The notes beneath the pieces are model-generated. The model was not told the DNA's origin. It did no database searches and was given only the letters and a program-made list of their open reading frames with translations. A stretch of 64,000 nt of DNA from Podarcis cretensis (lineage: Eukaryota): positions 79,546,001 through 79,610,000 of the forward strand of contig OX638150.1 of NCBI GenBank assembly GCA_951804945.1. Direction: 5' to 3'. This document shows positions 27,001-53,375 of this stretch, in pieces. A program made the translations under genes and the position numbers. How positions within the stretch are numbered: position 1 is the first letter of the stretch; every line of letters starts with the position of its first letter.

Positions 27001-30000
27001 CCTGGTGATCTACACTCATGAAGGAAATTAACCCATTCTCATACCCAGTTATTCCAAGACTTGTGTAAGTGGATATCTACATAGGTAACTCAATAATTCA
27101 ATTGTATTGTTGGGTCTTCCATGTTATAGTTTGTGTGAAGTTCTCCAGATTTGACCATGCCAATCTCGGTCTGCCCAAATCACATGAAACTCTGCCTGTA
27201 CTCACAAGTTCTGTCTAATTAGCCACACAAGAGGAAATACTAAGCATTGTGGCTTTTACCCCTTTCTCCCCCCTCAAGAGAATTGGTCCCAAAATGCTTG
27301 ATCATGAAGGGAAAGAAGTTCCAGGAAACAGGGGTTACAAATATTTTGGAGCTGCTAAAGATTTGCCTGGGGTCAGAGAGCTTTTCGAAAAAGAACGTAA
27401 GTATTTTTGTGCATGTGGCATATGCATTTGATAAATTAAATCTTTTTTTAAAAAATTATACTTTTCAAATTTATATATTTCATTAATTTTACAATCATTT
27501 TAACATTTCAAAGTTTTACTTCCTTCCCCCTCTTTCTGTGGTTCCTTAAATTTATCTTTTAATATCTCCTGCATATCCAAATTCATTTAATTTGCTCATT
27601 TAATTATCTACTTTAAATATATACTCTTATGAAACTGCAGGTTATTACAGTAATCCTGCCAATGTTTTTATCTGTTTATATTCAATAAACCATTTCCATT
27701 CTTTTATAAAAAGTTTGTTATCTTGATTTCTTACTTTTCTGGTAAGTTTAGCCATTTCTGCATATTCCATAAGTTTTTGTATCCATTCTTCCTTTGCTGG
27801 GACTTCTGCTTCTTTCCATTTTGGGGCGAGTAGCATTCTTGCTGCTATAGTCACATACATAAATAAATTTCTATACAATTTAGGTAGTTCTATCCCTATA
27901 ATTCCCAAAAGAAAAGCTTCTGGGTTGTTGTTTTTTTACAAAGGTTATTTTAAACATCATTTTCAATTCATTATGAATACAGAAATTAAATCGAGTATAA
28001 AATTTTACACAGTAGCACACGTTTTCCCATAAGACGTGTTGGGAGTTATTTTCCAGTAGTTTCCCCTCAGTTTAATGCAAATGGTAAGAGGAGGAGAAAA
28101 TACATATGCAACTGATTGCCCTGCTCAATTATTGCAGTGCAATTGCTACTGTTTATTTTTTATTTAAAATTTACTGTATTAATTTAGAAACATTGATGGA
28201 ATAGGCCCTGGCATCTCCAGGTAGGGCTGGAATTTCCTCTTTCTTACAGTCATTGCTGGCATGTTTTACCCAGTGGCTTGGATATACTGTAGGTGTCCTT
28301 GGCTATTTGGTTGAATCTTAATGACTAGCTAGTCATAGCAGGTAAAGCTATGTGCTTCCATTTTCTCTTACTTGGGTGGTGAGTGACTTTGCATTTGTTC
28401 CTTCAGCCCTTCCTCCTCCCAGGAAGACACGAGCTGAACTCATGAAGGCTATTGATGCAGAATACTATGGCTACAGAGATGAGGATGATGGTGTCCTGGA
28501 ACCATTGGAGCAGGAACATGAAAGGAAAGGTAGGCATGGTCAACCTCGGATCAGTTGTTGCTTTGCTTAGTGTCTTTTATAGGAGACCCCTGTAAAATAC
28601 AGGTAACTTCTACCTGTAAGACAAAGAAGTACAGTGGTACCTTGGTTCTCAAACGGCAAAAACCCAGAGGTGTTCTGGTTTTCGAACGTTTTCCAGAAGC
28701 CGAACATCCAATGCGGCTGTCAGCTATTGTTTCCAGGGCACCTTCACCAATCAGAAGCTGTGCCTTGGTTTTCAGATGTCCGTACTAGTGATATTGGTCT
28801 TGTTTTATTCAGAAAATACATCTGAAATTTATCTGTTCCCTCATCTGGATCTGCTTCCTTGGCAATTCGCTCCAATAAATAGATCTTCGGTTATGCTGAT
28901 GATAATCACATGGGGACAGAGGAAATTAATTCAAGTCTTTTGGAAAGAAATCAGCCTCAAGAAAATTAGATGAGCTACTAGAAGGAAATAACTAAGCTGC
29001 TGCTGTTGATTATGTCAAAGCATTATAAGTTGACATGAACTATCCCCCAACAGAGTTGCCTTCTTGCCACCATTTTGGTACTTTTAAGTAAGATAAATCT
29101 TCTACTGTTTTGCTTATTGAGTTCAGAAGATTGGTTATTGCCTTTTGAAAAATGAATACGCTAGTAATTTTACTTAGATTGTTTTATCAGAAGAATTTCA
29201 TTGACATACTACATTACCTGGGGTTTGAGGTTTGAAGGCTGTACATTATGAGAATATGGCTTGCTAGGCTCTGTAGACTTTATTGTGGGGAAGAGTTGTA
29301 CATCTCTACAGAAATTAGAACTTCTTGAATAACTCTTACATATCTAAGAGTATAAAATTCAACACCTGTTCAACTGATGACAAACTGGCATGTAAGTAGC
29401 ACATGGTTCTGAAAGTAGCATTCATCAGTTCTCCACAGTAAGTTCATGCCTTTCCCAAGTGTGCTTTGATCCTGCACCATGGCTGTATCAACCTTCCTTT
29501 CATTTCCTGAGACCCTAGTGTTCAGCTAAGTATCATACTCATTTCAGCCTGTTACTGTATCAAATGATGATACAAGCTGTCTGAACTTATGAATATTTAC
29601 TCGGAAGTAAGTTCCATTGGTCCCAATGACACTTACCTCCAAGTTAATTTGCATCTGTTTATGAACTACAATTTGGTATTAGTAAATCCATTGTGTTTTC
29701 CAGTAACTTCTTCACTTTTTTTCTAGACGCTTGCATTGTTTGTACAGAAGGCATATAGAACAACAGGTGTGGTTCAAGTGTGTTTTTAAATTACATACAT
29801 AAATTTTAAGATACACATAATGTTCTTTTTCTCCTTTCTAACTATGGTCCCTGGTTTTGAAGTGTCTTTGTATAGTCTGCTTGAAATATTTATTTTGCCA
29901 AAGGCAGAAATGATGATCCAGAAAGTATGAACATTTTACTTCAGCTAAAGGAGAGAACAGTGAATTGTGACATGTTTGAACAGGTCTCTTTTAGGCAGTT

Positions 30001-33000
30001 CTGAAAAGCTAGATTTGGCAGCAAGTTCTGGAACACCCAGTTCTGGAGCTATATCGCAAAGTTTGGCAAGCTGGAAAAGACTCTCCTAAATATGCAGGGG
30101 CTGGTTTTTGGTAGCTTGTTTTCCACAGCACTAATTTCTAGTTTTTCTCTGCCTTTTTCTCTGCCCTGGTGCTCCAACGATGGTATCAAGCTTGCTTGTT
30201 GCCTGATTCCTGGCCTATAGTAGATGGTGCTATAAATGCACGAAGCAGGGAAGTTGAAACTTCCTGCAGCAAAGTATTTTCCATCTTGAACAAACACTCC
30301 CTGATAGAATCTCCACTGCTAGAAATGGATCCAGAGCTGCCCCAACCTACTGTGTTACTCTCACTCAACTGTAAATGTTACAGCAGTACAGAATTGCTTG
30401 TGGTTCTGAGCCATTTAAGGCTTTGTAGGTCAAAACCAGCACTATGGGCTTGGGAACTCATTGGTAGCCAGTGCAGGCATGCCAGGATCAATGTAATATT
30501 CTCAGACCACCTTGCCCCAGTGAGCAACCGGGCTGCTGAATTCTGCACTAGCTGAAGTTTCCAAACCATCTTCAGAGGCAGTCCCATTGCTGTAATCTAA
30601 CCTAGAGGTTACTTCATTCCTTAATGAGTTGTTCAAAATAGTATTAAAAACTGAACACATACAAATGTATGCTAGTGAAGTCAGCTTAGCTTTTGTGAAC
30701 AGGAGTCATACTTCATAAACTTGAAAGAATTCCTTATGTATGCAGTACAGGAAAGGCAAACCATTTTAAAGTATAGTAAACCATTTTAAAGTATAATAAA
30801 GTTCAGGCTTTCTCAGAACTTATCATAGCACTGGGTAAAAGGAAAACAAGGTTTAGAGGGAGACATTGCCAGTTTCTATCTGGATAAAGTTGAGTAATGT
30901 GTGCTGCAGACTTGAATCAAAGTGGGGGACAGGTGCCGGGCAGGAGGGATGCTTCCCTTACTGTTCAGCTGACAGAAGGCTATCAACTGAGTGACACTCT
31001 TGGATACCCACCACCCCTGTTTCTAGCCCAATCTGTTGTAACTATAACATGAGAAAACCCTGCCCATAACTCTTTGTAGGATTGCCGTAAGTTTCTGCTA
31101 ATTGTACCCTTCTAAATGCCTTCTCCAATGCTACTGTTCCCTTCTCAAGGAAAGAAAGTTCAAACAGTGCAAGTAAAAAACTGATAAGTACGTTTGTGGA
31201 TTCACCAAAAGTTGACTCTTATAATTGACTCTGAAACGAAAGAGCTGGTGCTTTTTGAATTGTACTTGGTCAACCTCTTAAAATCCAAATATAAAGTGCT
31301 ACTTTTTTTACTTGCCCAGTTATTGCAGAAGCAGTGGAAAAATGGAAAGCAGAGAGAGAAGCACGGCTTGCAAGAGGTGATAAAGAAGAAGAGGAGGAGG
31401 AAATAAACATCTATGCAGTAAATGATGATGAGGTATTGTGCTGGTTTCAGTTCTGCTAATAACAGCATGCCATGAATGTAGAAGAATTCATTAACAGTAA
31501 AAGGCAGAGTGGCATAAACATTAGCAAACTTGGATAGGCCTGCCCATTTCAGTGTCTGTGCATTTCAGTGTCTTTATGTATGTGATAAGTGCAATTTCTT
31601 TTCTACGTGGATAAAATGTGACTGTCAGAAGCTGGGGTGTGTTTCTGAATTTGGAATGAAACATCAAGATGAATCAAGTCTTAATTTAGGCTGAGCTTCC
31701 TGCTGTGTACTGGTTACACACACAGAGCATGCATGAAGCCTGCTGTGGACTTATGGCTGTGTGTTTGTGTGGTTTAAAGAAAACACTTTGGCTTTTTATA
31801 ATGGAACTTGAAAGCTAGTCAGTTTGCATTTGACCAAGTTAGGAAATGTAGTTAACAAAAAACCTCACCTATTTTCCAACTTTGGAGAAATCTGATTTTT
31901 AAAGCAGCTCAGCCCAATGCGTGTTGTCTGAATTTGTATAAAATGGGTGCAGCAGGAAGATGTAGACTCCCCCCACCCAGCGCTTCTCAAAGTGGGAGTG
32001 GGGAATGAAGGGGAGACTTTCTTTCCTTCGTTTACTTCTTCCATGCATGCACTTCACCTTATCACCTCCAGCATCAGGGCTGGAAAGGAGAAATGAGGGG
32101 AGGCTTTCAAAGCCCTCTGTGATGTATTCCGTTCTCCTTTGCACCTTGGCATTGGAGGTGTAAAGGAGAGCATGGGGAATATTCCAAAGGGCTTTGTGAT
32201 CCCTGTGTTGGAGGTGACCTCAAAGAACAGCACAGGGAGCAAGAAGCAGTTCCCACTGAACTGAAACTGCTTCCCTTTCTCTGAGCAAGGTACACTCCCA
32301 TCTACTGCCCAGCACCTGATATTTTTTCCTACAGGACAGTTGATGCTCATTGGCTTTGTGGCAGGAGTGTGGACAGTCCAGCTAGAACAAAATTAGGCGC
32401 CTGGTGTTGACTTTTTCTTCACTGGCATGATGCATGTGGTTGCATAAACTGAATGTTCTAAATGTATTGCAGTCTGATGAAGAAAGCGGAAAGGAAAAAG
32501 AAGGAGAGGACAGTCAGCAGAAGTTTATTGCTCATGTCCCAGTGCCATCACAACAAGAGGTAAGGAACAAATAGAAAATGAAAGTTGTACAGGTACATTG
32601 AACTTCCAGAGGAATAGCTACGTTGGCCTACTCCAGGAAAAAACGTTTTGTGGCACCTTTTTGCGGCTACTGTGTTTTCTCTGTCATTCCTGACTTCATT
32701 AGTGCATTTTGCAAATTTATGTGAAATAACTGGAGCAAACATATACAGATTAGCTGAAAAATAAAGCCAGACTAAGGTTCAGAAAGTGTTTGTATCTCAG
32801 AAGAGAATCATTTTGCACTTTGATAACTATAAAGGAGTTGTTCAGACATAACCATGTGAAACAACGCTTAAGTGTTACAAGAATGAGCCTTGGGATTCCA
32901 TTTCTCCTCCCACTCAGTAAATTAGAACTTCTGTTTCTGGGCTGCAGCAAACCATAAGGTGCCTGTTGCAATGAAACGGTAAACTGGTTTTCTGCAGCCC

Positions 33001-33486
33001 CAATTCAGAAGGTTCTGAGCATAATGTGCAATGAAAAGGAAAGTATTGTGCTGCTGCACTAGTGAGAGTTCTTGCCCTGGCTTCCACCAGCACATCCGGT
33101 TAGTTGAATGCACCCTGATACCTCAGCATCTTTGCAAGGAGAGTTTGTATCAGTTTTGGAAAAGTGGTGATACAGCATCCTAAAAGTCACTGGCAACTTA
33201 GGTCAAGGAACATCAGACTTTGGCCACAGCAATAATCTTTTGACACCTCTCTTCAAAGCTTTCATTAGGTAGTTCCTTTTCGTTGCCAGCATGTACGGAT
33301 AAGCTATTTTTACTAAATCATTTGCAACCTGTGAAGTTTCAGTACTTTATTTTAAGGCTGAATGTTTTTAATCTGCAGATTGAGGAAGCTCTTGTCCGAA
33401 GAAAGAAGATGGAACTTCTTCAGAAGTATGCCAGTGAAGCTCTTATGGCTCAAAGTGAAGAGGCTAAGAGACTTCTAGGACTGTAG
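20914..33486 (+). CDS. ISY1: Pre-mRNA splicing factor ISY1 homolog, 282 aa
   Basis: join(20914-20916,22434-22456,22807-22858,24620-24685,25702-25744,26468-26580,27279-27396,28407-28529,31320-31432,32473-32559,33379-33486) = 849 nt. [99 protein letters not shown]...EEAKRLLGL*. All introns GT-AG and in frame. Confidence 0.97.
21537..21741. mobile_element. Tigger-like MITE family A, copy 1
   Basis: TIR CAGTGGTA(C/T)CTCGGGTTA...GAGGTACCACTG; near-identical to 35061-35302 and 44576-44809. Confidence 0.85.
22434..22456 (+). CDS. ISY1: ISY1 exon 2 (23-nt microexon)
   Basis: ttttag|GCTCGAAATGCAGAAAAGGCCAT|gtaagt; ARNAEKAM. Confidence 0.95.
22807..22858 (+). CDS. ISY1: ISY1 exon 3
   Basis: [17 protein letters not shown]|gtaagc. 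Confidence 0.95.
24620..24685 (+). CDS. ISY1: ISY1 exon 4
   Basis: [22 protein letters not shown]|gtattt. Confidence 0.95.
24850..24996 (+). mobile_element. Penelope-like element terminal-repeat fragment nested in a MITE
   Basis: Flanked by the 10-bp direct repeat AAACCTGGAA (24840-24849, 24997-25006); homologous to the copy at 41327-41561; carries the hammerhead motif. Confidence 0.75.
24858..24903 (+). ncRNA. Minimal type I hammerhead ribozyme motif (Penelope-associated)
   Basis: Stem I ATTGGTAT/ATACCAAT; core CTGAAGA (24866-24872); extra A; palindromic stem II GTGTGCATGCACAC; GAAA (24888-24891); GC; then TC with predicted cleavage after 24895. Confidence 0.75.
25702..25744 (+). CDS. ISY1: ISY1 exon 5
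   Basis: [15 protein letters not shown]|gtaagt. Confidence 0.95.
26468..26580 (+). CDS. ISY1: ISY1 exon 6
   Basis: [38 protein letters not shown]|gtaagt. Confidence 0.95.
27279..27396 (+). CDS. ISY1: ISY1 exon 7
   Basis: [40 protein letters not shown]|gtaagt. Confidence 0.95.
27443..27982 (-). mobile_element. 5'-truncated L1-clade LINE (ORF2 C-terminus and 3'UTR)
   Basis: ORF 27645-27908 AARMLLAPKWK...EEWIQKLMEYAEMAKLT; 10-bp TSD AAATTAAATC (27433-27442, 27983-27992). Confidence 0.75.
28407..28529 (+). CDS. ISY1: ISY1 exon 8
   Basis: PLPPPRKTRAELMKAIDAEYYGYRDEDDGVLEPLEQEHERK-G|gtaggc. Confidence 0.95.
28632..28783. mobile_element. Truncated Tigger-like MITE
   Basis: TA-CAGTGGTACCTTGG left end; shares CCAATCAGAAGCTGTG with the 24780 element. 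Confidence 0.65.
30372..30612 (-). mobile_element. L2 LINE ORF2 C-terminal relic
   Basis: GLPLKMVWKLQLVQNSAARLLTG...LHWLP. Confidence 0.8.
31320..31432 (+). CDS. ISY1: ISY1 exon 9
   Basis: VIAEAVEKWKAEREARLARGDKEEEEEEINIYAVNDDE|gtattg. Confidence 0.93.
32473..32559 (+). CDS. ISY1: ISY1 exon 10
   Basis: SDEESGKEKEGEDSQQKFIAHVPVPSQQE|gtaagg. Confidence 0.95.
33379..33486 (+). CDS. ISY1: ISY1 exon 11 (last coding exon)
   Basis: ctgcag|IEEALVRRKKMELLQKYASEALMAQSEEAKRLLGL*. Confidence 0.95.
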   Translation: MEEALVRRKKMELLQKYASEALMAQSEEAKRLLGL

Positions 33487-35060
33487 CGTGTGTTGAGACA
33501 GTTCTGTTTTATAATCCATCCTAAAGCATCCTGGGAGCAGTTGCTTAAAGCACATTGGTTCTGCAAAAATAATTTACACTTTACAAATGCTGGAAACAAA
33601 GGGTGATTTCTTTCCCTAAGCACATTTCACTGCAAGCATTTTACTCTGCCCTATTCTGTACATTTTTTTGTTTTCAGCTTCAGTAGTCAAAACTCAAAAT
33701 AACTAGCCAGCTTGCCTTTGAGTTGTCCTTTTCTAGCTGCTTTCCTTTTTGCTTAATTTCTGCTTTATATGGCATTTTCAGTTTCTCTTAAATTAGAAAT
33801 TAGCATTCCAGTATGCTTCTCCAGTCTCAGTAAAATACAACAGTATTTAGATAAAGCCATATTTAGCTGCTCACCCTAATTGCCTACAAATTTGGAACAG
33901 AATTGAAGGCAGTTGTTGCAGTGTGTTGTTGTTTTAATGATTGACTTCACAGCAGAACTGAAACACTGCACAACTAATACAGCTTTATGTAGCATGCTCA
34001 AAGCTTGATGTGAACACCCACTTGGTTGGATTTCTGAAATGCTGGATATTTCAGCAACTAATGTTGTAAATACTGTTTCACCTTTGTAATATCACTCGGA
34101 TCTTTTCAGTAAAACAATTTTTATGTAGACATAGTTCATAGTTTTCACTGGGGCTTGAAAATACATCTATTTCTTTATGGGAAAGTCATGAGACTAAAGC
34201 CTCTTAGCTGCCAGAATCTGCTTTGTCACATGAGCGAGGGAGGTTTCAATAAACTGAGAATCAAGAAATGTTAGGACTCCATAAATCAGTACCAATAAGA
34301 TCATTATCTGAAATGTATGTGCATCAAAAACCATTTGAAAGATGTAATATTGCAGGTGAAGCTGGCACACATTTTTATGGGCCATTTCCCCAAAGGAATA
34401 TTACAGTGCAGTCACTGTGTGTGCTTGTCTTGTATTAGTCCAGTTCACAGGTAAAGCATGGGATTTATCATGACCTACTTTCCTAAAATAGCTTTTACAA
34501 ACCAAAAAATTATGTAAGCTTGTATGGCCACTAGTACTTATGTGTCCTTTGTGTGCTTATTGTGGCTGTGAAAGGGAGTTGAACAAGATTTATATTAGGA
34601 AAAGTCAACCAAGGAAAAGCATGGGTTGGTTATCCCTGAATTCTAGTGATTTAGCAGCTACCAGCACCTAGAAGTCCATTTGTATAAAATGAATCCCCAG
34701 TGTTATTTTCAGAACTAATTCCAATGTTTTCAGTTTGCTCTATAGGCTTGTGATCTAGAAATCATCAAACTTGCTTAGGGGATTGTCTAGTATAGCTTCA
34801 TTTCAAAACACAAAGCATACAGTAAGAAAAGTAGCATTTGAAATGGAATGAGTGAATGGTGTCCCAAACATCTTAGTCACTGCTATAATGTACCATAACT
34901 TTTAGTAGTGAAGTCTCTCTGTTTTGAGGCACATAGCCAAATTTCCTACGTGTATTTATCCTATTCTTGGTTGTAATGAATTTAACATTAGTCCTACACA
35001 TTAATAGTTGCCTTATACTACTTCAGTCCCTTGGGCACAGTGTTTGATTTGTTACAAGTA

Positions 35061-35302
35061 CAGTGGTACCTCGGGTTACAGATGCTTCAGGTTACAGACG
35101 CTTCAGGTTACAGACTCGGCTAACCCAAAAATAATACCTTGGGTTAAGAACTTTGATTCAGGATGAGAACAGAAATCATGCTCCGGCGGCGTGGTGGCAG
35201 CGGGAGGCCCCATTAGCTAAAGTGGTGCTTCAGGTTAAGAACAGTTTCAGGTTAAGAACGGACTTCCGGAATGAATTAAGTACTTAACCTGAGGTACCAC
35301 TG
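35061..35302. mobile_element. Tigger-like MITE family A, copy 2
   Basis: TA-CAGTGGTACCTC...GAGGTACCACTG-TA (TA TSD). Confidence 0.88.
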
Positions 35303-35945
35303 TACCAGTTTGGTATGGAAGCTATGCTACCGGTCCCTTTTCATTCAGGCAACTTGTGCTTGCTCACAACATTATAGTAAATAAAATTTAAAAATGATAC
35401 TCTAAAAATCCTTGAAGGAAATACCAGAAGTTTAGAAAACAGTCGTGTGGGTGTAGAGGAGTAATGTATGCTGTAATCCTATAGGATTACTGTAAGGCTA
35501 TAATCTTTATACACCTGCCTGGAAGCAAATTGTTATTGAACACTGGGTTTTTGTTTTTTAAAAAAGAAATACATCGCTGGTCTTCAAGTGGTGGGACCCG
35601 GATCCAAGGTTAGTTGCAACAGGAGTACTACCACCTTGCAGCTATAAAGGAAAGGATTAAGAAAAGGGCCCCCAAATGCGTGTTTGGGTTAAATGTGGGC
35701 CCTGGGCCTGAATAGGTTGATGATTCCTGGTATACTGTACATACATAAGATTGGGCTTGAAATGTAGATTTGCATGGTGTTGGACCAGGGAGGTCCCTGC
35801 ACGTTGCCATTACTCCCATTTCTGCCTTCCTACCCCTTTGTGTCAACAGTGTGCATTAGTGTGCGGAGCTGGAGGCAGAGGATAAGTAACCAGGCATAAT
35901 CCATCTAAGCCAGTAACCCACTGCAGCAAACAAAAAGGGAAAAAA

Positions 35946-36125
35946 GAGCCAGCATGACCTAATGGTTAGAGCGTTAGACTGATCTGGGGGAGACCAGAAT
36001 TTGAATCCCCACTGAGTCATGAAGAGTGACCTTGGGCCGCTCACCATCTCTTAGCCTTACCTCCAGCACAGGGTTGTTGGGAGCTCCTTGGAAGAAAAAT
36101 GTATAGAAAGGTAATAAATAAATAG
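35946..36125 (+). mobile_element. tRNA-derived squamate SINE (Squam3-like)
   Basis: TAATGGTTAGAGCG A box and TTTGAATCCC B box; GTGACCTTGGGC core; AATAAATAAATA tail. Confidence 0.6.
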
Positions 36126-36421
36126 GAAGAAACGCGGACTGCGGGAGGGGGGGAGAAAACACACTGCTTTACACTTGGAACTTCTGCCAAGTGAGGGCGG
36201 CGCTGAAGCAGACGCGGCCTGGCGGGCGAAACGCGGAGGCGGCGAGGAAGCTCCGCGGGGCAAGTCGGGGCCGTCGGGCAGGCTCCACCCCGCGGGGCTG
36301 CAGCGTAGGCAGAAGGAGGAGCCTGCGGGGAATGAGGCGAAGCCGGTGTCGGCTGTCGCTGCTGCCCGGCGCGGCGCCGGCGCCCGACTGGACACTGGCA
36401 GGAGCGAGACCCGACCGAGGG

Positions 36422-36445
36422 GCCGCCGCCGCCGCCGCCGCCGCC
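36422..36445 (+). repeat. (GCC)8 in the HDHD5-like 5' leader
   Basis: Direct read. Confidence 0.95.
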
Positions 36446-36479
36446 GGGCTGGGAGCTCCGTCTCCGCGAAGGGTCCGCC

Positions 36480-51230
<14,751 letters not shown>

Positions 51231-51607
51231 TGACTTTCTTAACATTGTGTATTCTGTGTACTTTTTCTTCCTGAAAAATCAAACGGAAGCACTTAGTGGC
51301 ATATCCTTCCTAACATGTTTATATTTTTATATGTAACACTTCTAATACACTCCTGCTTGTTCTAACAGCACCTTCCTTTGATATCTAACTTCGGTTTCTG
51401 TGCTCTGATATCCCTTTGCGTCCAACACCCTTGCTATGGACTGTGCTTTTTATATGAATTGTTTTTTGCATGCTGACTTCACTATTTAGTCACAGAGTTA
51501 AATCTAATGCTCTGAACAGTGAGGAAGAACATCAGCTGTGTTCAGCAGTCAAGGCAAGTCTGTTTTAGATAGTGGTTAATGAACTCTATGCAGTTCCGAG
51601 TTTAAAG

Positions 51608-51739
51608 CAGGGGTGGCTATCCTCCCAGATCCTGTTGTCACTCCAGTTCCCATGAACCCCAGCCAGCATGGCTTATTGTGAGAATTGGTGGGAGTTGTAG
51701 TCCAATAACGTTTGAAGAGCCATAGGTTAGCCAACCCTG
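51608..51739. mobile_element. Degraded palindromic MITE downstream of the HDHD5-like stop
   Basis: CAGGGGTGGCTA...TAGCCAACCCTG ends; GGGAGTTGTAG core shared with the 20194 element. Confidence 0.6.
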
Positions 51740-52489
51740 ATTTATATGTTTATTCCTAAGGGATTATAGTGTTCCCCTCCATAACATCTTGCTTTCTTTT
51801 GCTACGAATTCCATCCAAAAAAAAAATCACTGACTCGTTGTACTCTTTTCTCTGTTTCCTTTATGGAAAATAGAATCTGCACTTCAGGGGAAACGTTGTG
51901 TTCAGTGCTTTTCTTTGGATTTCCGCTCAAGCTCAATTGACTAAAATTATGGCACAAGCCATAAGTTTGTGCAAACAGCAATGGGCTGAATGGGATTTGA
52001 GTGGTATAATGTTTTGCTCAAATCCCGTTCTAAAGAGCTGAAAGTTTCTGGTAGGCTTTATCCCTTATTTGTCTGGATTTATCATTAAACTCTTAAATAC
52101 ACTCAAGTTTTATTATTAATCACGGTGTTTCTCCTGCACTGAACTGCAGAATGCACAATAGCTGTTTGAGCTACTTTCTTAAACCTGAAACTCCAAACCA
52201 CAGTAGCGATGTTATGCTAGTGAGGTTCCTTCCCTCTGCGAAGTATCATGTATCTGGTCTTTAATGGCCATGTATCTCATGGATGTAAAGTTTTAAATAA
52301 TAACTTATTTCTTACATTACCAGTTTTATAAAGCATTGTGTTTATCTAAAAAAAAACAACCCTGCCCAGTAAAGTATTTTCTATTTAAAACTGCCTACAG
52401 AGCTTTCTTTCTTTGTGCTTTCTGTATATGTCATACGTCTGACCCCTTACTTATTGAAGAAGGCAGAGAGGGTGATTGTGGAGCTACTG

Positions 52490-53217
52490 CAGATATTCCT
52501 GGATGAGATTATCTAGATCCACAATCTGAGTTCAGATCTGGTATGGGAACTGAATCAGGCTTGATCAACCTTTATTGTGAGTGAGGGGCAGGAGTGTGAC
52601 CCCGTTACTTCTGCTTGAGCTCTCCGTGGTTTTCAATACATTGACCATGGTACCCTCCTGGACCGATACAGTGAAATTTGTATTAGAGGCACGGTATTAC
52701 AGTGGTTCTGTTTGTATCCTCAGGGCTGTGACTATAGAGTAGCACTGGGTAAGTGTTCCTCAGACCCTGGCACTTGTCCGGTGGGGTTCTGCAGAGTACT
52801 ATCCTCTCCCCAGTGCTATTGAACATTTATACAAACAGGGCCATCTTTACCGGGGGGGGGGGGGGGACAAGGGGTGCAGGGCACCCAGGCCCCAAATTCT
52901 GGCTGGTGCCAGGCACCCGCCGCTGAAGCCGCCTAAGCTCTTAACTATCTACCTGTTATGAAATTATAAATAATTTTGATCATGCTAGAAAAACAAAATA
53001 CATATATACCTAGGTATTACTGAAATGTATACCTTCTGTTTTACTAAAGGACTTTTGACTTTGTGCGCTCATTTACCAAAGATGCGCCGTGCCAGCGGTG
53101 GTGCTTGTCATTCACAACGGCGGTACTTGTCAGACTTGGGGGCTCTGGGTGGATCTTTGCACTCTGGCGGTGCATATGCTAAAGACTCCCCTGTATATGA
53201 AGCTTTTGGGAGCAGTC
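52490..53217 (+). mobile_element. L2/CR1-clade LINE reverse-transcriptase relic (interrupted)
   Basis: Degenerate FNTIDHG..L..R, GTVLQWF and ILSP.L.NIYMK.LG motifs. Confidence 0.6.
52836..53193. mobile_element. hAT-type element inserted in an L2 reverse-transcriptase relic
   Basis: Ends CAGGG..TCTTTA / TAAAGA..CCCTG; flanks TATACAAA/TATATGAA (6/8); it splits the L2 peptide LSPVLLNIY|MKLLGAV. Confidence 0.65.
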
Positions 53218-53274
<57 letters not shown>

Positions 53275-53375
53275 TGTACCCCGCCCATCTGGCTGGGTCT
53301 CCCCAGCCACTCTGGGCGGCTTCCAACAAAGATTAAAAATACATTAAAATGTCACACATTAAAAACTCCCCTAAG
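53218..53375 (-). repeat. (AAT)n microsatellite forming the tail of a minus-strand L2/SINE 3' end
   Basis: About 19 AAT units at 53218-53274, adjoining TACCCCGCCCATCTGGCTGGG...CACTCTGGGCGGCTT. Confidence 0.7.

Noticed and set aside
26646-27050. Possible solo LTR in ISY1 intron 6
   Set aside because: Looks repeat-like, but no clear TG...CA ends or convincing TSD.
29910-30004. Possible C/D box snoRNA (ATGATGA...CTGA, 95 nt) in ISY1 intron 8
   Set aside because: No terminal stem outside the boxes, no recognisable rRNA or snRNA antisense element, and far from the 3' splice site; a snoscan or Infernal run would settle it.
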